Shown here one piece after another: positions 12,415-25,446 of a DNA stretch of 64,000 nucleotides. The position numbers and the translations under genes were made by a program. Under the pieces are notes generated by a model that ran no database searches, was not told the DNA's origin, and saw nothing but the letters and a program-made list of their open reading frames with translations. The stretch lies in assembly GCA_964016885.1 (NCBI GenBank), contig CAXHJY010001404.1:62001-126000 (forward strand). Direction: 5' to 3'. How positions within the stretch are numbered: the stretch's first letter is position 1; each line of letters opens with the position of its first letter. This DNA is from Eledone cirrhosa. Taxonomy: Eukaryota.

Positions 12415-12437
12415 GAAATACATAGTACAAGAAAGAT
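12415..12437 (+). other. Candidate 23-nt micro-exon
   Basis: Long polypyrimidine tract ending ttctag at 12414; GTATGT donor-like site at 12438. Confidence 0.25.
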
Positions 12438-12854
12438 GTATGTTCATATGTGGATGCAGTATATTATATTAAATTTTATTATGTAGTAGATATAGTGGTG
12501 TTGGCAGTTGTGGTGGTAGTGGTGGGGGAATAATTCTGATAATTGTGTTTTTCAATGGTCAGATTGTGAAGATATAGGAGATGATGTCTGACTGACTGAC
12601 TGACTGACTGTTGTTCTGTGCAATCTAAATTGTAGGTATGGTTTAGCTCTCAGTAGTAATAAAAGTGTTTCATTTTGGCCAAATAAGGTGATAGCTCTGA
12701 TGTTGTGGCAGCAGCAGCAACAACAACAGTAATAATATTTTGGTGATGGAAGAATAGAAGAAAAGCTGTGAGAAATTGTTTATGACAAAGAAAGAGTGAG
12801 GTGTAGGGGAGCTGTGGTGATTTTCCATCCATTGCAATTTTTTTTCTCTTTGCT

Positions 12855-12924
<70 letters not shown>

Positions 12925-14178
12925 CATCCCTTCAGCCATCTTACTTCTTCCAGGCTAATTTCGAGTTCTTTCTATTTCTCTTCATTAACTCCTATCCCCT
13001 TCTTCTTTCACTCTTTCTTTTCTTATCTTATTTATTTATTTATTTTATTCATTTTCCTCTATCATCACATGTTGTTTCTTTTCTATATTTGGAATGTAGA
13101 TATTCTATCAATATCTTCTTTATACATACAGACACAGCCATACATACATGCATATGTTGTTCACACATACATACATATTCACATATACATGCATACATAT
13201 CATACATACATGCATACGTATCATTGATACATACTTACACATATATACAATCATATTCACATACATATACACACACACATACACATATGTACACATATAC
13301 ATACATACATACATACATATACATGATACAGCTTAATTTTCATACATCAGGTTGGCAATTTAAATTCTATTTGCTAGCATTGTGTCTTTTTTCTCTTCTC
13401 TTCTTTCCTTTTTTGTTCATTTGTTAGTTCTTATCAGGGGGATAAATGAAAAAAAAAACAATCAAGAAAACATACATTGTAAAAACAAAAAAAAAAAGGA
13501 AGAAGAAGAAATAAAGGCAACATTTTCTTTCTAGAATGTGTCTGAAAAGGCAGTGTTGTTGTTGTTGGTGTTATGATGATGGTGGTGATGATGGTAATGG
13601 TGGTGGTGGCAGCGGTATTTGCTTAGCCATGTTGTTTCTGAATGTGTTGTAGCTAGGTGCAATAGAAACCAATATATTAGTGTTTCGTTGTCTTTGTCAT
13701 ACTGACGACTGGCTTAATTATTTGAACTAGTTTACTTTGTGATTCTAGTTGAGCTGTGTGTGTGTGTGTGTAACAATGGTGTTGTTGCTGGTGGTGCTGC
13801 TGGTGGCGGTGGTGGTAGTGGGTTGCTGAAAAAGCTGTGAGGGTTGGAGAAAAATGATTTGATGTCCATTTGTGTTGGATTTCACTCCAAGTGACCTCAA
13901 TATTTTATTGATTTTGTTATATCATTTGCTATTACACATAAAAGAATATTTTGTTGCATTATTGCTATAAAACTGATATAAGGAAAAAAAGCCAAGAAAA
14001 GTAGTAAAGGATGAGGGGGAAAAGCTGCTCGAAGACAGTATTTTTATTGTTTTTGTTTTGGGAAATGACACCTCAGTGTAGCTTCATTCCTCCTCCTCCT
14101 CACCTCCTGCCTCCATTCAGTTAAAGACCATAAGCAACAGTGCGTTATGTGGTTCAACTTGAGCTTGCATCTAACAAT

Positions 14179-14239
14179 ATGTCAGACAGAAGTCAGCAGC
14201 AGTGTTGTTATAACTATATTGTATCACCTCCCAGACAAG
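14179..14239 (+). CDS. Candidate first coding exon of TLK (MSDRSQQQCCYNYIVSPPRQ)
   Basis: ATG preceded by in-frame TAA; AAG|GTATCT phase-1 donor splices in frame onto the exon at 20948 (G+CC=Ala). Confidence 0.4.
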
Positions 14240-14839
14240 GTATCTTTGTGTGAAGTGCATAGCTAATGCTTTCTCTTAAGTCTTAAGTCACAAGAAAAAA
14301 AAAATCACTAATGAGATATTTATTTTCCTATTCGATATTGATCAAGAGTCAAACTAAGAGTTGATGAAATATTTTCAATTTTAGTGGTTTGAGCAAAGCA
14401 CTGAACCTCTGGAATAGGTACAAAATGTGTGACAAAAACTGCTCATTGTAATCCTAAACTTACTGCAAGTCAACAAGGGAGCTGCTTCTATGTGGACTCT
14501 TGATTTGCTAAAAATAGCAGCCAAGCCTACATCAGTACTTATTCTGCTGGTATATGTTGGCAAGACTTTCTTGAGACAATGTTCTTTGCGTGCCTGTCAG
14601 GATGTCAACGCATACCTTACTTTTTAAGTATGGGGCTTAAGAACAAGTAAGGTACTTATTCCACTGATCATCATACTTGAACATCTGAGCTGTGAGATCG
14701 AGACAAACATCCCCACTTGTTTTAACATGAAGATATATGTGGACATAAACAAACACAGACATTCTTTTTCACACACATACACATCTTATGATTTATCAAG
14801 GCTTTTGGATGGTTTTAAAATTGAAACATTAGAATCCAA

Positions 14840-15760
14840 AGACAAAAATAGCAATAAATAATACCTTTGGGAAATTGGGTAAACGTTTTTCTTTCCCTAA
14901 GGATATTTTACATGGAGCTTGATCTGGAGCTGTAGGGCAGATGTAGAAGAGTGGGAATATTTTTATTCACCAGAAATTCTCTAATTGAAAGTGCTGTGTG
15001 AGCAGGCACATTTTCATGATGCTGTATCCAATCTCCTGCAGTGACCTTTTGGACTCGCTGGACCTGTTTTTGAAGTCATTCTAAGACATCTTTGTAGAAG
15101 GTGCAATTAACTGTCTGTCCTGAAGGTAAAAATTGTTTGTGAACAATACCACAGCTGTTGAAAAAAAGGATAATCATCGTTTTCACCCTGGATCAGCTCA
15201 TGCTTTCTTTGAATGAGGAGAATTTTTCATGTGCCCCGCTTTACTTTGCCATTTTGTCTCTGGATTATACTCGAACACCCATAATTCATTTTTATCCAAG
15301 AGATTTGGCTCAATTTGAAGTCGTTCTAATAAATCCTGACAAATTTGCAACTGGTTTGGTTTTTGCTCCACAGACAAATGTTTGAGCTTTAGTGTTGCTC
15401 AAAATTTTCACATGTACAGCTGCATTTTTATCCGAGCCCATTTCCTCTGCAATCATCCTAACACTTAATCGGTGATCTTTAGCCATCACCACTAGCAACA
15501 TTTCCAGATTTTGTTTTTTTGTTAATGAGATTGGCTTTCCAGACATTTTCTTGTCCCTCTTTGAAAGCTTTGTGCCGCTTAAAAACCTTACTTCTTGACA
15601 GAAGGGCATTTCCATAAGCTTATGTTAAAGAATTAAATGTGTCGGTGGTAGATTTGTTGAGTTTCATTTAAAATTTGACGCATACTGTTGTTGAGTATTT
15701 TCCTGCATTGCTAACATAACAGACATTATGAGTACATAAAGAGCAATAACTCACGACCAG
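14840..15760 (-). mobile_element. Decayed mariner (Tc1/mariner) transposase
   Basis: ORF 15310-15615 KDHRLSVRMIAEEMG..VKILS..VCGAK resembles mariner HTH2 DRRLTVRMIAEEL..KVCAK; upstream VKF..KLNKS..AYGN N-terminal motif; many stops and frameshifts. Confidence 0.75.
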
Positions 15761-16219
15761 ACAAAGAGTTGGGAGGACTCTAAGTTGTGTCAAAAACATG
15801 ACGATCTCTCCTGTACACTCGGTGGAATGTTAGAACATATATAAGCAAGACACAGATCCCTGGCCTGTCAGGGAGATTAGTTGCTCCGCTTCAGTACTGA
15901 TTTGGTCTGTGTGGGCCCATCCAACCCTTACTAATAGGGAAAGCAGACATTAAATGACAATGGTTTTGACGATGATATATATATATATATATGTGTGTGT
16001 GTGTAGATCAGGAATAATGCCAGTTTTAAACTAGATAGCGTACTTGATGTGTGGGAAGTAGTGTAAATATAGTAGAGAGTCAGGTCCTGACCCAGTCTGG
16101 AATTTGCTGTCAAAATGGCAAGAGCCTGTCAGGCCTTGACTCTACTATATATAAACCAAGCCCAAATCAGTTCTTAACAGGACAACTCATCTAACCCATA
16201 CTAGTGATGACGGTGATGT

Positions 16220-17830
16220 GCTGAGATGCTGAAGGCATCTGTAGAGGTAGGCACTAAACTGGTTGCACGCATCATCAATCAAGCTATATATGGTGGTGTC
16301 ATACCCAAAGACTGGTGCAGCAGTATTCTTAAATTGCTACAAAGGTAAAGGGGATGCTCTGGAGAGGAGCAATTATAGGGGCATAAAACTGATGGATAAG
16401 GTTATGAAAGTGGCAGAGAGAATATTAGCGCAACTGATTAGAAAAAGGGTCAAATTAGATGAGATGCAGTTTGGTTTTGTGCCTGGGAAAAGTACAACAG
16501 ATGCCCTCTTCTTAGTGAGACAACTATTAGAGAGGTTCTTAGAGAAGAATAAGCCACTATACTTAGCTTTTATTAACCTAGAGAAGGTCTTTGATAGGGT
16601 ACCCCGATATGTCATCTGGTGGTCCCTAAGGAAACTAGGTGTAGAGGAATGGCTTGTGAGGACAGTGCAAGCTATGTACAGAGGTGCTGTCAGTAAAGTG
16701 AGAGTAGGAATGGAGTTTAGTGAGGAATTCCAGATATAAGTAGGAGTACATCAGGGTTCAGTCCTCAGCCCACTTTTGTTCATTATAGTCCTCCAAGCCA
16801 TAACAGAGGAGTTTAAGACTGGATGCCCATGGGAACTTCTCTATGCTGATGATCTGGTTCTTATAGCAGAATCAGTAGAGGAGCTAGAGAAGAAATTCTG
16901 GCTATGGAAACAGCAGTTGGAATCAAGAGGTCTGAGAGTGAACATAGTTAAAACAAAAGTGTTGATAAGTAGAAAAGAGGACAAAACTCTGATTCCATCA
17001 GGGAAATGGCTATGTTTGATATGTAGAAAAGGAACTTGCATAAATTCTATAAAATATATGCAATGCAGATCTTGGGTACACAAGAGATGTAGTGGGATAG
17101 CAGGCAAACTAACAGGTAGAGAAAACTATGTATGCAATAGATGTACATGGAAAGTTGACAGTAGTAATTGCAGTGATAAACACATTTTTCAAATTCAGGT
17201 TGGTTCTATAGAAGTGGTTGATAGCTTCCGGTACCTAGGTGATCAGATTAGCATGGGAGGGGGTGTTCTGAGGCCATAGTATCTAGAATAAGGACGGGTT
17301 GGAAGAAGTTTAGGGAGCTGCTTCCTCTGTTGACAAAGAAGGGTTTCTCCCTGCGTATGAAAGGCCAGTTATATGATGCCTGTGTGAGATGCGCGATGCT
17401 ACATGGTAGTGAGACATGGGCAGCAACTGCAGAGGATATGCGACGGCTGGAGAGAAATGAAGCAAGCATGCTCCGTTGGATGTGCAATGTCAATGTACGT
17501 GAACGACCAAGCATGTATGAGTTGAGAGAGAAACTGTATAAGAGGGACAAGTTGTAGTGTGCAGAAGAGAAGACTGAGATGGTATGGATATGTGATGCGC
17601 ATGGAGGATGACCGCTGGGTAAAAAAGTGCCAAGAAATGCTGGTTGAAGGGAGACGCAGTAGAAGAAGACCACAAAAAACATGGGCGGAAGTGGTGAGAG
17701 CCGACCTCAGATTGCTGAAGCTCACGGAGATGACGAAGGACCGTGACAAGTGGAGAGATGCTGTGCTGAATAGGACCCGTCCCACCCTTGCAAGCAGGGA
17801 AAAGCGGATGTAAAATGATGATGATGATGA
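16220..17830 (+). mobile_element. RTE LINE, 5'-truncated, disrupted RT with PHD-like insert
   Basis: ORFs 16263-16739 (NYRGIKL, QFGF), 16776-17279 (LLYADD), 17330-17557 and 17559-17813; (GAT)n tail. Confidence 0.92.
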
Positions 17831-18681
17831 TATATATCAGATCCTTGAACTTCTTTCACTCCATTCTCACTCAAGTTATAACACTATCACTCCACTGCTA
17901 ATGAGATCACATAGATAGCTAAAGATATCTATTACTTTTAGTGAATGAATATCATCATCATCATCATCATCATCATCATATGTCCGCTTTTCCCTGCTTG
18001 TAACAGATGGAGTCATACAGGTGCTTTAGTGACCTACAGTGTTTCCTGTACACTTGAAAGCTAACGGAGCCTATCTCCTTTCCAGGTCTGAACACAGCAG
18101 ATTTCTTCCAAAGAAGGATAGAGAGTGGGAGAATAGAAGTGAGAAAGAGATATAGAGGTAGCATCAACCCCAGTACTAGACTGGTACTTTCTGCTTCAAT
18201 CTCGAAAGGATAAAAGCAAAGCTGGCTTTGGTGGGATTTGAACTTGGAAAGCTGAGAGGTGGAACAAATAACGCAAACCATTCTATTTGACATTCTAACA
18301 ATGTTGCCAATTCACATATGTATGTGTGTGGGGTTTCTGCACAGTCTCGGTTGACCAAATTCATTCACAAGACATTGGTCAATCCATAGGTATAATAGAA
18401 GATTCTTGTCATGCAATGAAGTCGAACCCGAAGCCACATGGTTGTGTGCTTCTTAAACAAACAGCCATGCCTGCACCTATAAATATCATAGTCTTTGTTG
18501 GAATTATTGTGTAGATCATTAGCTCAGCTTGATGATGATAATAGTTGTGATTTAGACTTCTGAAGGTATATAGGACTACATTTTCAAAACTTTTTGTAAT
18601 ATATATATTGTGGTTAGGCGAAGCATCTTTAATATGTATATATGTGATTCTTTATTATCATCGTCGTTGTCGTCGTCGTCG

Positions 18682-18713
<32 letters not shown>

Positions 18714-19299
18714 GGTAGAGTGGGGGACAAAATGCTTTGCAGCATTTGGTTACTGCCCTTTCGTCCTTCTGGGATCAATCAAGTAAAGTACTGGATCAAT
18801 ATAATCAATTCCCCCTATCCACAAATTGCTGGCATTGTGCCTAAATTAGCAATGATTATCATCATCATCCTCATAATTTTACATCCATTTTCCATGCGGG
18901 TTGGACTGCTCATCACGGTGTGAGACTAGATGGATTGAAGAATCATATATTGCTCATACTTTTTATTTTTGACATGGTTTCTACAAATGGCTGCACTTTG
19001 TAATGTTAACCCCTTTACAGAATGTACTGCGTGCATTTTATCGTGGCACCAGTCCGGAGAGGTCTATGTCTTCAACAGGATCAACAATAGAGAGGTTATG
19101 TCCTCAGCAAGGCTAAAGGATTCCTCTCAACCTTACATTGTTTCTGTTCGAACACCATTCACTGAACAGAGTAAACTGGGTGCATTTTATCATATTGCAA
19201 ACACTAGTTTTACTTTGAATCATGTGAAACTGAAGGGGTACTCACTGTCCATTATTGTCTTCACTCAATGAAAGCAACATGACCTGGGTCTGAGAGTTG

Positions 19300-19500
19300 A
19301 ATAGAGAATGTTGGGTCAAATATTTTAATACATATATTGTGGTTGGGGCAAATATTTGAGCACACATTGCTGGGGTTAGGTAAAATGTTCAACACAAATG
19401 TTTAAGTTAAGTAAAATATTTGACACACATGTTGGGGTTGGGGAAAATGTCTGACACTGGTTTGGTACATGTTGGAGTTGAGTCAAATGTTCAACACCTC
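19300..19500 (+). repeat. Diverged minisatellite (about 30-bp unit aaatatttgacacacatgttggggttg)
   Basis: About 6 copies visible. Confidence 0.6.
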
Positions 19501-19594
19501 ATTTAAAATGTTTTCTTTATATTTCAGTATATTATTATTATTTTACTTTATTACTATTTTATTGGTTTCATCCATTAGACCGTTGCCATACTAG

Positions 19595-19628
<34 letters not shown>

Positions 19629-19697
19629 GGTAAACATTGATGCAATTCAATTCAAGCACTCAACGTACTTTTTCCACATAGGAGTGACGGAGTAAAA

Positions 19698-19744
19698 ATC
19701 GTATAAAGAAAAGAACATCTGAAACTACTTCGCTTTTCTTTATA

Positions 19745-19748
<4 letters not shown>
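19698..19748. repeat. Perfect 16-bp hairpin with 19-nt loop
   Basis: atcgtataaagaaaag / cttttctttatacgat, inside a 120-bp insert between (TA)n runs. Confidence 0.8.
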
Positions 19749-19802
<54 letters not shown>

Positions 19803-20329
19803 TCATCAGCAGCAGCAGCAGCATTAACGTCTATCTTCCACGCTAGCATGCGTTAGACGGAATTGTCTCATTTAGAGGCAAGTTGGTTCAGGTGACCGTA
19901 TATATTATATGCTACTGCTGGCCACCTTTTTTCTGTATCCAGGGGCATCTTACCCGATTTTCTCAGTTAATATTTATAGCAATCGACTGTTACAATTATT
20001 TTCATCATCTAGGATTCCCACATTTTCAAATTTCAAATTACCCAGCTCTTTGATAATTCCTAAGATGTATATATATATATCATCATCAATGTTTCAGGTC
20101 TATTTTTCCACACAGGCATGGGTTAGATAGGTTGTCACATTATGAGACAAGTCTGGTCAGGTGACTGTCTTGCTCTTACAGATCTGTTTTTGGCTTGGTT
20201 TTTATGGCTGGATGCCCTTCCTAATGCCAATCATGTTACTGTGTGGACTGGTATATACATATATATTAAACAATGAAAACAAATAAGACAAGATTTAGTA
20301 GTTAATTAATCCATTGTTTTATAATCAAA

Positions 20330-20680
20330 ATAAACAAAATATTTATTGATATACTTACTAATCAATAGCAGTTATGTAACTCCGTAGTATTAGCCTCAAC
20401 AAAATACATCCATTCTGCCATCAGCTTCTTGCTTAAAGACAATACCTAGCTTTCTGTCCTCCACTGTTTGGTTACATTCTGTATAAAATCCCAAAGGATT
20501 TTATAATTCTCATTCTCAATCACACTCTCTGGTTCCTGTTCATGCCACCTTTATACCAGTTAACATATCTTGCAACATTATCATACCTTCTCTTGTATTC
20601 ACATTGGGCTAATTTCATGCCCCCACTAACCAGATGTTTCATTTTTTACGCATGAATGTCACATAACCTTCACAATGGGG
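20330..20680 (-). mobile_element. Old R4/Dong-clade fragment (CCHC to REL linker)
   Basis: Minus translation KLAQCEYKRRYDNVARYVNW...WHEQEPESVIENENYKILWDF parallels [16 protein letters not shown]...WYEHKPEAVIENDQVKVLWDF at 57.5 kb. Confidence 0.7.
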
Positions 20681-20947
20681 GTGCCACAGTCTTATCTTAG
20701 GGAAACTTGATATAAATTTGTGCTCAATGATTGTTCCTCTGCTTTGCATATTAAAGATTCTGTGCATCCCTTCAAATTGCCTCTACTGATCCATTTCCCT
20801 AAGGCATTGACCATTCATTGCCTTTTCTTTCCATAGATTCTCTAGTTTTCTGTTCATTTCATTTTTGTATTGTCTGGACAGACTGCACCCACTATATGAA
20901 CTATTGTTGTTATTATTATTATTTTATTTATTTATTTATGTTTCCAG

Positions 20948-21024
20948 CCTTCTCTATGGATAATTTACAAAGCCTGGATCCTCGGAAGCAAGAATTACTA
21001 GAAGCTCGCTTCTTGGGGAGCAGG
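20948..21024 (+). CDS. TLK: Tousled-like serine/threonine kinase, N-terminal coding exon (FSMDNLQSLDPRKQELLEARFLGSR; ATG at 20956)
   Basis: Matches the conserved TLK N-terminal motif (vertebrate TLK1/2 M[DE]ELHSLDPRRQELLEARF); acceptor tttccag at 20947, donor GTGAGT at 21025 (phase 0). Confidence 0.9.
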
Positions 21025-23879
21025 GTGAGTAGACATGAACTTTTTTTTAATGTTTGTATGTCTTGAATTAGCCTCCTTCTTCGACTTTTGATATGCTACT
21101 GTAATTCAGGATTGCAATTTAGGGAATATTGACCTGCTATTTCTAGCAGGTCGAGTGACCATGTAGTGAATTGTTCATCGGATTGATTTGCAGTTATGGA
21201 TTTTTTTTAATTTTTTATTGTTTAGTTAAGGAGAGAAATGCCTTGAGTAACTGGTGGGAATGAGGCTGAGAGTATCCTCAAACCTAAGACCTAACCCAAA
21301 TGCTTGCAACAGACTGACCTCTGTAAAGGGCACTCAAGATCCAGGTGGTGATGCTAAACTGCGTGATAAATTAAATCTATGACCTACATTGACCACAGCA
21401 AAATTTGAACTCAGAAACAGTTGGAACAAATACTTCAAGGCATCTTGTCAGATGCTCTAACAAGTCAGCTAATTCACCTCCCTTGACTTTACTTTATCAA
21501 CCCTAAAAGGAGGAAAAGCAAAGGTGTCCTCAGCAGGATTTGAAATCATGTTGCAGAGAGCCAGAACAAATACCCTGTAACAAACTCTGCCAATTTGCTG
21601 CTTTGATTTGATTGACACAGTTCACTATATGAATTGTTGTGTTGTCCTCATGGTGGCCATTAACTTGTATTTATCATCACTATCAGGCACCATCATCATT
21701 ATCATCATCACCACCATAATCATCATCCTCCTCAAATAAGGCTTACCTAGATTTACACGACCCTGATGTTCCACCCATCTTCATTACATGCAATTTTGAC
21801 CATGACAAGGTATCCAAAGTAGTACTTTACTTCTCAAGCATCTCTTCTTTCTCTAATGGTGTCTGATACTTTAGGTAGCTGATCATGTAATCTTTCTTTA
21901 AAAATTACCTCCAAAGTGAAAATATTTCAGCAACCTCATTTATGTTGAATTTTGAAGTTGGTGAAAATTAGCAAAATATTGACCTCAAATATAAGCCAAC
22001 CACCATTTTACCATTTACATTTTTTGTCACATATTTCTTGGTTTATATATATGGTAATTTAATTAAGTTATGCTCCAAACACCAGCTTTATAGTTGCTTC
22101 CAGTATAGGTATAATAAGATCAGTAATTTGGGACGAGGGGAAAGTTGATTAAATCTACTCTAGTACTTTTTGAACTCAGAATGTGAGGGACTGTAAAGAT
22201 TTACTGCAAAGTATTTCATCCGACATGCTAACGACTCTTCCAATCCAGTGCTTTACACCAGCTTAATAATGAGAAGGTTAGTTATATTATTGAATCCCTG
22301 AAAATTTTTGATTATTTTCAAAATGCTTTAAATACCATAGACAGTGTCTTTCATTAGAAATATGGTAATGAAAGGATTAACTAGCATATTGAATAGCTTT
22401 CTTCCCAACAACATTGTTTCAATGTGGACACTATGGTATCAGTGTAATGCAAAGAAATTAGAGAAACATACATTCAAGACAAAAAATTAAACGTGTTTGT
22501 ATCAGCAGGAGCAGAAAGCGGAACACAAACTTTATTACATTGTAAATGAGATTAACTGTTTGATTCTGGCCTTTAATCCTCACTTTATAAATTGTTTCCC
22601 TTATGTGTGCACGGGAATGCTTATTTTTGATAATGTGTCTATTTATGTGTGTGTGTTTGTGAATGTGTATCTGTGTGTGTGTGCATGCATCTGCGTTTGT
22701 GTGTATGCACCTATGGTTGTGTGTGCAACGGTGTGTGTGTGTTTGCATCTGTTTGTGAGTGTTCATCTGTATTTTTGTGTGTGCATCTGTCAGTATGTGT
22801 GTGCGTGATGGTGTGTGCACTTGTGCGTATGTTTGGGAATGTGCACCTTCACCACTGTCCTGCAGTTTGAGAAACTTTAACATATTTCCTCCTTCATCAC
22901 TATTCCATTGACATTTCTCTGTATAACCTTAGTAATGATACTATTAACAATAATAATGATGATGACGAAGATAATCTATATTATACTAACTATAAAGGGT
23001 CTTTTGTTTGTCTGTCACATACAAACTCTGATCTCTAAAAATGCTCTAAATTTTTTTATTTAGAATGCTGGGAACAAAATCAAAAGTAAAACAAAAAAAA
23101 AGCGGAGGAGCAATTGTTCTAAATATTCTTAAATGCTTTCATTCATACAGCCTTCTCTTGTAACGGTATTGTCTGTCTATCTGTGTGTGTGTGCGCATGT
23201 ATATATATCATCATCAGCAGCAGCAGCATTTAAAGTCTAGTTTCCTTGCAAGCAAAGGCTGGATGGGTCTACATAGACCAAGTCAGCACTGAAGCGGTGT
23301 TACTGACCTCCCAAGCAGCGTGGGGACATTTGCATCTCACGTACATATGATCTTATGTTTGATTGAATGCACGGGAGAGTTTGTCATGTCTTTGACACAA
23401 CTGAAAGGCCCTCAAAACTCTTTGTTTGGCAGGCTTTCTCTGGTTGGATGCCCTTCCTATCACCAACCAATTTACAGCATGTACTGGGTGCGTTTATCAT
23501 GCAGATCACCCGTTCAACTCATGCAAGCATGGAAAAATGGACGTAAAGGCGATGATGATGATCACCAACACTAAGGAGGCTGTCATGCCCATGACTCAAC
23601 TGAAGGGTCATCCTAACGCTTTGTTTACTAAGCTTTCTATGGTATCTAGAGGTTTTGTGGGGGAGACAGTAGTTAAGAAATGAAAATAGGAGCGGTAGGT
23701 TTAGTGGTGAGGATAGAAGCTAGTGGATGAGGGAGGGAGGAGTAGCTATTAGGGTACAATAGTTAGTGTATCAAAGGACTTTTAAGTGGGGTGTAGTGAC
23801 AGTGAAGATAGCTCCTAGGGAATGCTGGTGGAAATGGAGAGGGGACATGGGGATAAGTCAGGCCCCATTGTATGCTGTT

Positions 23880-24200
23880 GGCTGAGTCTTCATCACCATA
23901 GCATAGTGCTGGCCCTCGCGGTCCTTTGTCATTTCTGCTATTAGGTTTAGCTTTTTAAGATCAGTCTTCACAACAGCATTCTATGTCTTCTTGGGTCTGC
24001 CTCTTCCACAAGTCCTAGCCACTGAGGATTCTCTGCATTTCATCGTCTTTGCTAAGTGTACTTTTAGACCTTTCAACTCTAGATTCTTCTTCCATGTTTG
24101 AAATTTTGTCTCTAATTCTCCTATAGATTCAGCTATGAGGACTAAGTCATCAGTATATAGGAGCTCTCCCAGAGTGTCAGTTTTAAACTCCTCAGTGATA
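23880..24200 (-). mobile_element. Decayed RTE LINE fragments
   Basis: Minus translation includes ELLYTDDLVLIAESIGELETKFQTWKKNLELKGL and GRGRPKKT. Confidence 0.65.
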
Positions 24201-24443
24201 TATATATATATATATGTTCCCTTCCTTCTACGGTTAGCTCTCCTCTTTGTTGTTATCTTGTCTCACTCGCTTTACGCGTTCTAATTGTCCTAATAACTTA
24301 ATTTAGTTATTATTGCACTGGCGTGAGGTATATGATTTTTAATGCAATGAAATATCTATGATCGTTGGCAAATCACTGATGAGGGACTTATTTTATTACA
24401 TGTTATCCATGTGCAACCTGCAGTATTCTTCTCCCCATTTTTT

Positions 24444-24475
<32 letters not shown>

Positions 24476-25396
24476 GCTATAAACACCCAGTCAACCCTAT
24501 AATGTGGAAACTAACCATAGAAACTAACAACAAAGTGTACAAGTAGGATCTAGTCACCTGACTTGTTTATCCTGAGTACGCGACAGCAAATCTCACTCAT
24601 GCAAGCATGGAAAGTAGATGATAAACAGTGATGAATACAACAATTACAGTTGTCCAGCATGCACAAATGCAGGCACAGAAACACACACACAACACACATG
24701 CATAGTTTAAGATGCCAGAAAAGGATAAGAGAGCAAACAGTTAAAACATGAGGGTGTATATATATCCTTGTTTAATGTCCATTTTCTATGCTTGCGTGGG
24801 TTAGACAGGTTGTCATGTTTTGTGAGAAGTCAGGTCAAGTGACTGTCTTGCTCATACAAATCTGTTATATATATACATATATAAAATCCAGAAACCCATA
24901 ACCCACATATAGGCAATGCAAGTTCACGGAGCATGTGTGTGAGGGACGGTTTTGTCAGCTTGTGTATATCTTGTGCATTTATTGACAGCTCCTGCACAGT
25001 CATGCGTGTATAATTTATCCCCCTAACAGGCTAACCTCTTCAACTTCCATACTGCAAACACTGCTAGTTCAAGGACTTTTGGAAAGTGTCCCTAATCTTT
25101 TATGCATATAAATATGAACCTATAACTCCTAGTGAAGTTGCAGGGGTGCCATCATGATATACGGTGTGTTTGGGCTTTTTAAACCTTGAATCCATCCCTC
25201 CCCAGGTGATCCATAATTTTATAAGCTATGAAGGCATGTGTCACTATCTTTCACAATGTGTCTATATGTGTGTGCCTGTGTTCATGAATGTGTATCTGTG
25301 AGTGTGTGTACACCTGTGTTTTAGTATGTTTATATGTGTTTGATTGTGTGTACACCTGTCTGTATGTTCACCTTTTAGTGTATGCACTTGTGTTTT

Positions 25397-25446
<50 letters not shown>

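Larger units (their letters stand above)
10750..14300 (+). promoter_or_regulatory. TE-depleted island, candidate promoter and 5' UTR region of the TLK gene
   Basis: No LINE or SINE recognisable over about 3.5 kb in a TE-saturated window; repeated (c/t)agccat(t/g/c) YY1-like motifs; splice-site-like signals. Confidence 0.4.

Noticed and set aside
12796-13427. YI/HT-rich ORFs (also 22458-22883, 25262-25660, 26802-27509, 37978-38809, 49538-49810, 61579-62042)
   Set aside because: Dinucleotide microsatellite translations
20818-21066. 82-aa ORF as a complete gene
   Set aside because: Only 20948-21024 is bounded by splice sites and TLK-like; the rest is intron
24373-24430. CTGATGA box in a TA-flanked insert as a third hammerhead
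   Set aside because: No downstream GAAA box or convincing stems
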